Assembly: GCF_009914755.1 (NCBI RefSeq)
Contig: NC_060943.1
Length of the DNA: 64,000 nt
Reading direction: 5' to 3' (one strand)
From: the human T2T-CHM13v2.0 reference genome, Homo sapiens
Part shown: positions 31,813 through 42,618 of the stretch, in pieces
Layout: each line of letters opens with the position of its first letter
Position numbering within the stretch: position 1 is the first letter of the stretch
Program-made: the position numbers and the translations under genes
The notes under the pieces: model-generated
What the model was told of the DNA's origin: nothing
Databases searched by the model: none
Seen by the model: the letters and a program-made list of their open reading frames with translations, nothing else

Positions 31813-32130
31813 GGCCGGGCACGGTGGCTCATGCCTGTAATCAGAGCACTTTGGGAGGCCGAGGCAGGCAGATCACGAGGTCAGGAGATCGAGACCATCC
31901 TGGCTAACACGGTGAAACCCCATCTCTACTAAAAATACAAAAAAGAAAACAAAAAAAATTAGCCGGGCATGGTGGGGGGTGCCTGTAGTCACAGCTAGTC
32001 AGGAGGCTGAGGCAGGAGAATAGTATGAACCCGGGAGAAGGAGCTTGCAGTGAGCCGAGATCAAACCACTGCACTCTAGCCTGGGCGACAGAGCAAGACT
32101 CCATCTCAAAAAATAATAATAATAAAATAA
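31813..32130 (+). mobile_element. AluY-like
   Basis: Full Alu with gagatcgagaccatcctggctaacacggtg. Confidence 0.9.
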
Positions 32131-32529
32131 ACATAAAAATAATTATTTTAAAAAGGTGTCTTGACCTGGAAGCTAAGAGCCAACCTGCACAAAGTGTGGG
32201 TAGATGAATCCATTCCAAGGCCCAAGGTAAATATTCAGCCTTCATCCTACCTCATACAAACTGCAAAACACTGTAGAAACCGTGTGTCAACTGAATTTGA
32301 AACTGCTGTAATTTCCGACTCCCTAACAGTTTTGTTATTGTTAAGAAAAAATAACCCAATTTTAAGTAGGCAAGGTATTTCAGTAGACATATCTTAAACG
32401 AAAATAAACAAATAGGCAAGAGACACATGAAATGACTCTCCACATCCTCAGTCATTAGGGAAATGGAAGTCAAAACAATGGTGCTACTTCACACTCACTA
32501 GAATGGTCAGGATTGAAAAGCAGAAAATA

Positions 32530-32800
32530 GGCTGGGCACAGTGGCTCACGCCTGCATCCCAGAACTTTGGGAGGCTGAGGTGGGCGGATCACCTGAGGTC
32601 TGGAGTTCGAGACCAGTCTAGCTAACATGGTAAAGCCCCTTTTCTACTAAAAATACAAAAAATTAGCTGGGTGTGGTAGCATGCATCCGTAATCCCAGCT
32701 ATTCGGGAGGCAGAGGTTGCAGTGAGCCGAGATCGCACCACCGCACTCCAGCTTGGGCAACAAGAGTGAAACTAAATCACACACACACACAAAAAAAAAC
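32530..32800 (+). mobile_element. AluS-like inserted within an old L1M fragment
   Basis: Alu dimer flanked by the direct repeat cagaaaata. Confidence 0.8.
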
Positions 32801-33199
32801 AGAAAATAAAAAATGCTGACGATCATGTAAAGAAGCTGTAACATTCCGGCACTGCTGGTAGGAATTTCAAAATCTACAGCCATATTGGAAAATAATCTGG
32901 AAGATCCTCAACATGTTAAACATCATAGAAGTCTCCAAATGATGCAGCAATTCCACACCTAGGTATGCACCAAGAGAAAACATTTGTCCAAACTAAATAT
33001 TGTACAGGAGTGTTCATAGCAGCATTATTCAAAGAAGTAGAAATTCATCACCTTAAACGGGTGAATCTTATCCAGGGCATCCACGTGGAGACAGGGGCAG
33101 ACACAGGGAAAGAGAATGAGGAAATGTCTGAAATGGAGGCCGAAAGAGAGACAATGAGAAGGCCTGTGAATGGAAGAAACCGAGCGCAGGGAAAACGGT

Positions 33200-34868
33200 C
33201 ATACGTATACATCAGAGATCTGAGAACGCGGGATCATACCGACAGTGTCACTGCCAGGAAAGGGGGTCAAGCTAGGGATGTCCCCGGTGGCGTCCCCCGC
33301 AGAAACACGGACAGGTTTGGGGTTCACGCTGGCACGGGCGCCAGCAGCCACGTCAGCAGGCAGGAGGGTCCCACTGCACAGCTGAGGGGTGATGATAGCC
33401 CAGGTGGTGATGTCGGCCATCAGAGGGGCCTCTCCTGCCAGCAAATGTGTGACAGTAGCAAGTAAAAGGACAGGTCTTTGTGTGAGGCCGGAATGCGGGA
33501 AGGGCTCTTCTGTGGCTGAGTGTGGAGTCCTCAGCAGGAATGCGGATAAATGGCCAGGTAACTGCATCACGTTGGCTAGGAGGATGGCAAGGACTTCGAG
33601 CTGAATGATGATAACGGGGAGTGACTGTGAGACCCTGCGAGGCTCTGAGTGTAAAAGAAGATGGGTGCGGGGCCCCAGGGGAGTATGTGGGAGCCACTGC
33701 TGTGTAGATGGAGGTCGTTGGGGAAGAATCTGGTGAGCTCTGTGAATTTCCAGGGGTCTCCTGTGTGCTGGGGGCTGACTCTTGCAGAAAACTGGGGATG
33801 GTTGGAGAGTAGCTGGGAGACAGGAAAGAGACCCTAAGGAATGGCGGTACAAAGGTCAGAGAGGAGCAGGAGGAGCACGGTGAGGTCTGTGAGTTTCCAG
33901 GTGAGTCCTGTGTGTTAGGGGCTGGCCCCAGGAGAAATCTGGGGATTGTTGGAGAGGAGCAGGGGGATGCTGGAGAGTCTCTGAGGGATGGGGATGCAGA
34001 GATGGGAGACAGAGGTGAGGAGCACAGGGAGGTCTGTGGGTTGCTAGGTGATGCCCTGAGCATGAGAGGCTGACTCCAAGAGAAATCTGCAGATGGCTGG
34101 AGGGGAGCTGGGAGACACAGGAGAGCATCTGAGGGCTGCAGATGAGCAAATGGGAGACATGATTAAGGAGGGCACCGACATTTGTGAGATTCTCGGTGAC
34201 CCCCAGGTGTGGGGGGCTGTGTGTTGCAGAAACCTTGGGATAATGGGAGAGTAGCTGGGACACACACACAAGTAGCCAAGGGCCTGGAGTACAGAGTTGG
34301 GAGACATGGGGATGGAGCCCCGTGAGGACGCTGAGTTTCCAGGTGTTTCTTTGGTATGGGAGGCTAACTAGCTGAGAAAGGTGGGGAGGTCTGAAGAGTA
34401 ACTGGGAAACGTGGGACTGTCCCTAGGGGGTGGGGGTGAAGACATGGGACACATAGGGGAGGAGTGCAGTAGGAACTGTGAATTTCTGAGTGTTGCCTCG
34501 GTGTGTCGGTTTGACTGTTGTAGAAACCTGGGGCTGGTTGGAGTGGAGTTGGGGGAAACCAGAGAGTCTCTGGGGGATGGGTATGAAGAGATGGAACACA
34601 TTGGGGAGGAGCACAGGGAGGTCACTGAGTTTCTAAGTGATTGCTGCGGGAGAGAGGCAGACCCCGATAGATATCTGGCAATGCTGGGAGAGTAGCTGGG
34701 ACAGACAGGAGAGACGCTGAGGGCTGGTGAGGACATGAGACAGACTGGGGAGTAACTCAGTGAAAGTGGTGAGTTTGATGCAGATTTATGGGTGCCTGGA
34801 ACTGATTCCCGCTGAAATCTGGGCATGGTTGAAGAGTAGCTGTCACAGACAGAAGAGTCCCTGAGGGT
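33200..34868 (-). pseudogene. Copy B of the 147-bp-repeat (ACRO1-like) Ser/Pro-rich gene; 5'-truncated and disrupted
   Basis: ORFs 34368-34826 and 33353-34063 are homologous to the 37.5-40.5 kb frame (PSYSPT units, QRDAVTWPF...GRHHH tail). It joins upstream sequence directly at 34868. Confidence 0.75.
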
Positions 34869-35590
34869 TTAAGAATTACCCGTGTAAGTGAAAAGACTTT
34901 TAAGAAAGAGTGGAGATATGCGTTGCATAAATATTCTTTTGCTCTAGAACCACGTAGAGACATGGGAGCCAGTTGGGTGGAGCATTCATTGGATGAGGGT
35001 GCTTGGCTTAGGAATATCAAGGAATATCAAGGTGTGGCTCCAGATAATTCAATCATCTAATTAAGTTTTCAGTTATGCTAATCTGTTTTAAAATTCTGTT
35101 TGTGTAAATTCTTTTACTCAGACTGAGAATGGCAATGCCTCAACTCCAATTTCCAGGGAGGGTTGAAAGCCTCAGGTTGAGTTGATCACCAATCGCCTAT
35201 GGTTTCACCCATCATGCCTATAGAATGAGGTCTCCATAAAAACCCAAAAGGACTGGGTTTAGAGAGCTTCTGGATAAAACTTCCCAAAAGGTAGTGCGCC
35301 CCTCCCCACATGCCGGGCCCAAAATCCGTTTTCTGAATTTTTTGCAATATCCGCTATCATACAATGGTAAATGGAAGTGTTTCCCTGCGTGCTGTGAGCA
35401 CTTCCAGCAAATTCATGCAACTAAATCAGGGAGTGGTGGAAACCTGATTTATAGCCAGTTGCTAGGAAGCACAGGTAAAACAACGTAGGGCTTCCCACTG
35501 TTCTTAGAGTGGGAGGCCAGTCTTGCGGGACTGAGCCCTTTGGAATCTAATGCTATGTCCCGGTAGATAGCGTCATCATTGAATTAGAAG
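34868..35590. repeat. Near-identical duplicate of 41113-41830 (upstream region with DUX4 motif and MER21 part)
   Basis: Collinear high-identity match beginning tttaagaattacccgtgtaagtg; offset about 6.25 kb. Confidence 0.9.
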
Positions 35591-35759
35591 ACACATGTAT
35601 GTTGAGAATAATTTTTCTAGTCATTTGCTGTATGTCTTATTTACAATATGTAATCAAATTCTTTGTCCTGACTTTATGGCACCTGGGTTGGGAACCATGA
35701 TTTGAACCAAAAGGTGGTCTGTCACTTTCTCAGTTTGAAACTTTATTTTGCCGCTAGCG

Positions 35760-36090
35760 TTTTGCTATTCTTTTTTCGTTTTGTTTTGTTTCGTTTTGTT
35801 TTCAAGTTCTGGGGTATATGTGCAGGATGCGCAGATTTGTTACAAAGGTAAACGTGTGCCGTGGTGGTTTGCTGCACCTGTCGACACGTCACCTAGGTAT
35901 TAAGCCCAGCCATGCAAAAGCTATTTCCCTTAATGCTCTCCCTCCCCCAACCCCACCCCATGACAGGCCCCAATGTGTGTTGTTCCCCTTCCTGTGTCCA
36001 TGTGTTCTCATTTTTCAGCTCCCATTATAAGTGAGAATGTGCTGGTTGGTGTTGTGTTCCTGGATTAGTTTGCTGAGGACAATGACTTCA
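35760..36090 (-). mobile_element. L1PA 3'-end fragment
   Basis: Reverse L1 3'UTR (gtgcaggatg...tgtgtccatgtgttctca...gtgagaa) with T-rich head. Confidence 0.75.
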
Positions 36091-36823
36091 CATCACTAGT
36101 GTTTTGTTTCTATTTTAAAGACTAGTATTTTATTGAATAAGATTTATTCACAGAAAAATAAGCTTTAATCTACAATGAATGCCAGAGTGTACAGCAGAAA
36201 GCAATTTTCTCAGTTTTCCACACACAAGGGTTCCTACTAAGTGAAAAAAGCCAAAAAATCTCATTCGCAAATGTACTACTCTGTCTCAAAACATTTCACA
36301 TAATTATGCACAACACTAATACAATTACATCTGTTACTCAGTCAGGTTAAAGTATCCCTCTAATAACTGATTTTTAAAATGCTCTCAATATCCACTCCCT
36401 ATCAGTCTGCCATTGTTAATGGTGTACAGCGTTATTGAATACAATGGAATCCATGAAGCCCATATCCACGGACAAACCGTGACTTATGATGGTTTGATTT
36501 ATGATTTTTCAACTTTGTGATGGGTTTATTGGGACATTAGATGCATTTCTGAGTTACACTGGCTTTATCAGTATGTGACCCTATACTCCAGAAATAGCTG
36601 TATAAAGGAAAACAGGTGTACCTAATTAAATTATACTCAGTGACTTGAGAGAAACCAATAGATGTTTACAATTGATGGAGAACCGTGAAAGAGAGATACC
36701 AGTAAATAAAAACAATAACACAATTTTCCTGCAACTGTCGAGGATTTCCCAAAAAAACACAGAAAGTAGGATGCACCGAAGGCATACGAAAGAGAGACAG
36801 CAGAAGGAGTAAGAGAGAAATAG

Positions 36824-36871
36824 GAGGAAGGAAGGAAGGAAGGAAGGAAGGAAGGAAGGAAGGAAGGAAGG
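36824..36871. repeat. (GAAG)n microsatellite
   Basis: Directly visible. Confidence 0.95.
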
Positions 36872-36934
36872 AGAAAACACCTGGTGTTACTAAAACCAAA
36901 AAAAAAAAAAATGGTTTCCCACTCTGGGTAATGG

Positions 36935-37260
36935 TACAATGTGGATGAACCTTGAAAATATTGTGCTAAGTGTAAAGTCAGTCATAAAAGCTCCCATATT
37001 GTATAATTCTGTTGATAGGAAAAGTCCAGAATATGCAAATCTATGGATATAGGGTTGAGCGCTCTATGTAATTGTTACCTAGGGCTGAGGATCGGCGAGA
37101 TGGTTTGAGACAGAATGAGGAGTGACTCACGTTTACAGGGTTTTTCTCTGGTCGGGGGTGATAAAATGTTCTCAAATGGATTGCGAATTAAAATTGAACG
37201 TGCACAACCACAAGTATACTAAAAGCCACTCAACTCATGACTTTTAATGGGGGAATCTTA
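36935..37260 (+). mobile_element. L1MB-like 3' fragment
   Basis: tggatgaaccttgaaaatattgtgctaagtg...actaaaagccact. Confidence 0.6.
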
Positions 37261-37522
37261 TGTGGCGCACTCTCGTCGAGACCACGGCAGACATAGTGAA
37301 AGAGAAAAAGGTGAGTAAATATCTCAAATGGAGGCAGAAACAGAGAGAATGAAAAGCCCTGTGAATGGAAGCGAGAGAGAAAAGGGAAAATGGTCCTATT
37401 TACAAATGACAGATCTGAAACTGGGGCTCACATCAACAGTGTCACTGCCAGGGAGGAGGGTCATGCTGGCCATGTCACCGGTAGTGTCACCCGCAGGGAT
37501 GCCGACATGCTGGAGGTTGGTG

Positions 37523-40459
37523 TCAGCATGGGCTCTGGCAGCCACGTGGGCCAGCAGGAGGGTCCCGCTGCACAGCTGTGGGGTGAGGATAGCCTGGGCG
37601 GTGATATCGGCCATTAGAGGGGCCTCTTCTGCTGGCAAGAGTGTGACAGTAGCAAGCAGATGGACAGGCCTGTGTGTGAGGATGGAATGCAGGAGGGGCT
37701 CTTCTGCGGCTGGGTGTGGGGCGCTCACCAGGAATGTGGAGAAATGGCCAGGTAACTGCGTCATGTTGGCTAGTAGATTGGCCAGGGCTTCCAACTGAAG
37801 GACAATAACGGGGAGTAGCTGTCAGGCCCTGGGAGTGTCTGAGTGTAAGTGGAGATGGGTTTGGGGTCACTGAGGGATACGTGGGAGCCATCCCTGTATA
37901 GATACAGGTCATAGGGAAATAGTCTCGTGAGGCCTGTGAGTGTCTAGGGTTCTCCTGGGTGCCTGGGGCTGACAGCGGCAGAAATCTGGGGAAGGCCAGA
38001 GAGAAGCTGGGAGACACAGGAGAGTCCCTGAAGGCTGGGGGTGAAGAGGTGAAAGAAATGGGGAAGGGTTGCAGTAAGGTCCGTGAGTTTGTAGGTGATT
38101 CCTGGGTGTGGGAAGCTGACTCCAGCTGAAATCTGGAGATGGTTGGAGAGTAGCTGAGAGAGACAGAAGAGCCCCTGAGGGCTGGGGGTGAAAACATGAG
38201 TGAGACTGGGGAGTAACTGAGTGAAATTGGTGAGTTTGCTGGTGTGTCCTGGGTGCCTGGAACTGACTCCAGCTGGAATCTAGAGAAGTTTTGAGAGTAG
38301 CTGAAAGAGACACAAGAGTCCCTGTGGGCTGACGGCAAAGACCTGAGAGGGAACGCGGAGGATCTCAGTGAGGTCTGTGGGTCTGTAGGTGATTCCTAAG
38401 TGTAGGAGTCTGACGCCCGCTGAAATCTGGGCATGGCTGGAGAGTAGCGGGGACAGACGGGAGAGTCCCAGGGGGCTGGGGGTGAAGATATGAGAGAGAC
38501 TGGGGAGTAACTCAGTGAAACTGGTGAGTTTGTAGGTGATTCCTGGGTGCCTGGAACTGACTCTCGCTGAAATCTGGGCGTGGTTGGAGAGTAGCTGGGA
38601 CACACAGGAGAGTCCCTGAGGGCTGGGGGTGAAGACACAAAAGAGACTGGGGAGTAACTCAGTGAAACTGGTGAGTTTGGTGGTGATTCCGGAGTGCCCG
38701 GAACTGACTCCAGCTGAAATCTGGGCGTGGTTGGAGAGTAGCTGGGACAGACAGGAGAGTCCCTGAGGGCTGGTGAAGACGTGAGAGAGACTGGAGAGTA
38801 ATTGAGGGAAACTGGTGAGTTTGGTGGTGATTTCTGGGTGCCTGGAACTGACTCCCGCTGAAATGTGGGCGTGGTTGGAGAGTAGCTGGGGCACACAGGA
38901 GAGTCCCTAAGGGCTGGTGAAGACATGAGAGAGACTGGGAAGTAATGCAGTGAAATTGGTGAGTTTGGTGGTGATTTCTGGGTGCCTGGAACTGACTCCC
39001 GCTGAAATGTGGGCGTGGTTGGAGAGTAGCTGGGACAGACAGGAGAGTCCCTGAGGCTTGGGGATAAAGACGTGCTAGAGACTGCGGAGTAACTCAGTGA
39101 AAGTGGTGAGCTTGGTGGTGATCCCTGGGTTCCTGAAAATGACCCCCGCTGAAATGTGGGCGTGGTTGGAGAGTAGCTGGGACGGACAGGAGAGTCCCTG
39201 AGGCTTGGGGATAAAGACCTGCTAGAGACTGGGGAGTAACTCAGTGAAAGTGGTGAGCTTGGTAGTGATCCCTGGGTTCCTGGAAGTGACTCCCGCTGAA
39301 ATGTGGGCGTGGTTGGAGAGTAGCTGGCACAGACAGGAGAGTCCGTAAGGGCTGGGGGTGAAGACATGAGAGAGACTGGCGAGGATCTCACCGAGGTCTG
39401 TGAGTTTGTAGGTGTTTCTGGGGTGCGGGACACCGACTCCCGCTGAAATCTGGACGTAGTTGGAGAGTAGCTGGGACAGACAGGAGAGTCATGGATGGCT
39501 GGGAGTGAGCTGCTGGATGATGGCAGTAAGAACATATGGTATATTATTGATGAATGAGGTGACTGTGAAGAATCTCCAGAGGAGGACACGGGAGAGCACA
39601 ATGACATCAGTGATTGTCCTGCTTGGTCAGGAAAGGGAAATGTAAAGTTGTGAAATTCTGTTGATGGTGGATGTGAGAGTGGTGAAGCCCTGCGGCATGA
39701 TGTAGAGTACTTCCACATCCCTGGTGAGGAGCTGCCCCTTGGGTCTGAGTTTCTGGGAGGGGAGAGGGAGAAGAAGCTGGGTGAGGCAGGCATGAATCTT
39801 GAGGAGTCAGGGCTGGGGGACCGCTCATAATCTCCCGAGACCTGTGAGTTTCTGGGGGACTCCTGGGTGCATGGGGCGGACTCTCGCAGAAACCTGGGGA
39901 TGGTTGGAGAGTAACTGGGAGACACAGGAGAGTCCCTGAGGCCTGGGGGTGAAGAGATGAAAGACACCGGGGAGGAGCACCGTGAGGCTCGTGAGTTTGT
40001 AGGTGATTCCTGGGTGTGGGGGGCTGACTCCAGCTGAAATCTGGGGTTGTTTGGGGAGTAGCTGGGAGACACGGGAGACTCCCCGAGAGCTGCGGGTGAG
40101 CTGCTGGGTGATGGCAGTAAGAACATGTGGTATATTATTGATGAACGTGGTGATTCTAAAGAATCCCCAGAGGAGGACGCGGGAGAACCCAATGGCTTCA
40201 TTGATTGCCCATCACGGTGAGGAAAGGGAAATGGGAGCTTGTGGGATTCTGGTGATGACAGAGGTGAGTGTGGTGAAGCCCTAGAGGGTGGTGAAGTGTA
40301 GCTCCGGATCCCTGGTGAGGAGCTTCCTCTTAAGTCTGAGTTTCTGAGAGGGGAGAGGGAGAAGCTGGGTGAGGCTAGCATGGATCTTGGGGAGTCCGGG
40401 CTGGGGGACGGTTCATAAGAAGAGCCAGACAAGACCCTACTGTTCTTAGGTGCAGACAT
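37523..40459 (-). CDS. Putative Ser/Pro-rich repeat protein with Pol II CTD-like motifs (copy A): 687 aa to the TAG at 38396, with the frame continuing to 37523 (978 codons)
   Basis: ATG at 40459 (MSAPKNSR). ORFs 38396-40483 and 37523-38338 share a frame and are separated only by a TAG where sister repeats have CAG. About 13 units of 48/49 aa. Confidence 0.55.
37900..40100. repeat. 147/144-bp tandem repeat, ACRO1-satellite-like
   Basis: Unit gctgaaatctgggcgtggttggagagtagctgggacagacaggagagtccctgagggctgggggtgaagac... recurs every 147 or 144 bp. The unit length and sequence match my recollection of ACRO1. Confidence 0.85.
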
Positions 40460-40518
40460 GATTAGGAAACCTGCAGCTCCCAAGGACCCCTACCAATTTC
40501 CTAACCCGCAGAATGAAG

Positions 40519-40520
<2 letters not shown>

Positions 40521-40559
<39 letters not shown>
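40521..40559. repeat. (GT)n microsatellite within the putative intron 1
   Basis: Directly visible. Confidence 0.95.
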
Positions 40560-40560
<1 letters not shown>

Positions 40561-40636
40561 TGTGAGGTATGTGCTCCTTGAGAAAATGGAAATAAACCAA
40601 CCAATGAGACAGACAGACAGACAGAGATTCACTTAC

Positions 40637-40751
40637 CCAAGTGTTCTGTCCTGTCCTCTGAATCCGCTTCCAAGTCGCAAGACGCTGTAAGCTCCAAGTC
40701 CACGCAGAGCCCGCAAAACGCTCCGGCCGCTGCTCCGCTCTGCGAAGATCT
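40637..40751 (-). other. Putative non-coding exon 1 of the repeat gene
   Basis: Inr TCAGATC (A at 40751) and consensus donor TGG|GTAAGT at 40637/40636. Confidence 0.6.
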
Positions 40752-40822
40752 GAGTACAGGCCCGCCAGGGTGGGTTTAAATAGCCTCGGGCGGGCGCAGC
40801 CTGGCAGCGGAAAGGGCGGAGC
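40747..40822 (-). promoter_or_regulatory. Core promoter: Inr, TATA box (TATTTAAA, 40782-40775) and GC boxes
   Basis: The TATA starts 31 bp upstream of a YYANWYY Inr. GGGCGG at ~40788 and 40814. Locally CpG-rich. Confidence 0.65.
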
Positions 40823-41280
40823 TTCACTCCTCCTTTCCATCAGTCACCCCCAACTTTCCCAGGCTACACCGCGTAGGAAACTGCTCTCCTGATTTGATTT
40901 CATGCGCCACATTTGGGACAATCTAAGAACTTACGAGTTTTTTTGGCCAAATATATTACGAATTACATGCACTGAAACACTGAAAACCATCTAGTGGTTC
41001 TGTGGTTCTCACATTGTGGTTTTGACACCAGCAGCATCCTTGCAACCCTCAAACCCCGGAGATCCACAGATCTGTGTTGTAACAAGCCCTCCCCCGACCC
41101 TGATGCATGGCAGTTTAAGAATTACCCGTGTAAGTGAAAAGACTTTTAAGAAAGAGTGGAGATATGCGTTGTATAAACATTCTTTTGCTCGGAACCACGT
41201 AGAGACTTGAGAGCCAGTTGGGTGGAGCATTCATTGGATGAGGGTGCTTGGCTTAGGAATATCAAAGGTGTGGCTCCAGA

Positions 41281-41291
41281 TAATTCAATCA
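41281..41291 (+). promoter_or_regulatory. DUX4-type double-homeodomain motif TAATTCAATCA (also at 35045-35055)
   Basis: Matches the DUX4 consensus TAAYYYAATCA, about 530 bp upstream of the putative TSS. Confidence 0.55.
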
Positions 41292-41349
41292 TCTAATTAA
41301 GTTTTCAGTTATGCTAATCTGTTGTAAAATTCCGTTTGTGTAAATTCTT

Positions 41350-41960
41350 TTACTCAGACTGAGAATGGCAATGCCTCAACCTCAATTTCCAGGGAGGGTT
41401 GAGAGCCTCAGGTTGAGTTGATCACCAATCGCCTATGGTTTCACCCATCATGCCTATAGAATGAGGTCTCCATAAAAACCCAAAAGGACTGGGTTTAGAG
41501 AGCTTCTGGATAAAACTTCCCGGAAGGTAGTGCACCCCTCCCCACATGCCGGGCCCAAAATCTGTTTTCTAAATTTTTTGCAATATCCGCTATCATACAA
41601 TGGTAAATGGAAGTGTTTCCCTGCGTGCTGTGAGCTCTTCCAGCAAATTCATGCAACTAAATCAGGGAGTGGTGGAAACCTGATTTATAGCTATTTGGTG
41701 AGAAGCGAGGTAAAAAAAACATAGGGCTTCCCATTGTTATTAGAGTGGGAGGCCAGTCTGCGGAACTGAGCCCTGTGGAATCTAATGCTATGTCCAGGTA
41801 GATAGTGACATAATGGAATTAGAAGACACCCAGCTGGTGTCCACAGCAGAATGGATTGTGTGCTTGACTGACTGAAAGAAATCCCCAGACATGTCCTCAC
41901 AGAAATCTTCTGTGCTGATTGTTGTGATGTGAGAACGGAGGAAAAACAGTTTTTGTTTTT
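41350..41960. mobile_element. MER21-like LTR fragment
   Basis: Homologous to 17460-18000 (gttgatcacc, cataaaaaccc, aagtgtttccctg, cacagaaatcttctg). Confidence 0.6.
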
Positions 41961-42199
41961 TTCACTCAGCCTAAAATGTAAACGTGTCCAGTTTCTCACG
42001 CTATTGAGGATCACGTGATTTATAATAAAAATGTTTAATATTTGTCAAATTTATGTATAAAAAGGATGTTGGTTTTCATTTTATTGCTAACAATCAAGGT
42101 GGTCATCGTTGATGCCTTTTCATCATTTTTCTTTTCACTGCGTTGTTATGTCTTTCACCCCCTTTTTAATTTTTAATATTTCATTTAAAAATTTTTTTA

Positions 42200-42618
<419 letters not shown>

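Noticed and set aside
38280-38894. 204-aa second-frame ORF in the 147-bp array
   Set aside because: A 3n-period repeat propagates open frames, and this one is not linked to the ATG or exon structure. The same caveat partly weakens ORF length as evidence for the main frame.
37900-40100. POLR2A pseudogene or CRISPR-like array
   Set aside because: The period is 147 bp rather than 21 bp, there are no RPB1 catalytic domains, and there are no unique spacers.
40460-40483. ORF-track start MGAAGFLI
   Set aside because: It begins at a non-ATG codon and overlaps a candidate splice acceptor; the first ATG is at 40459.
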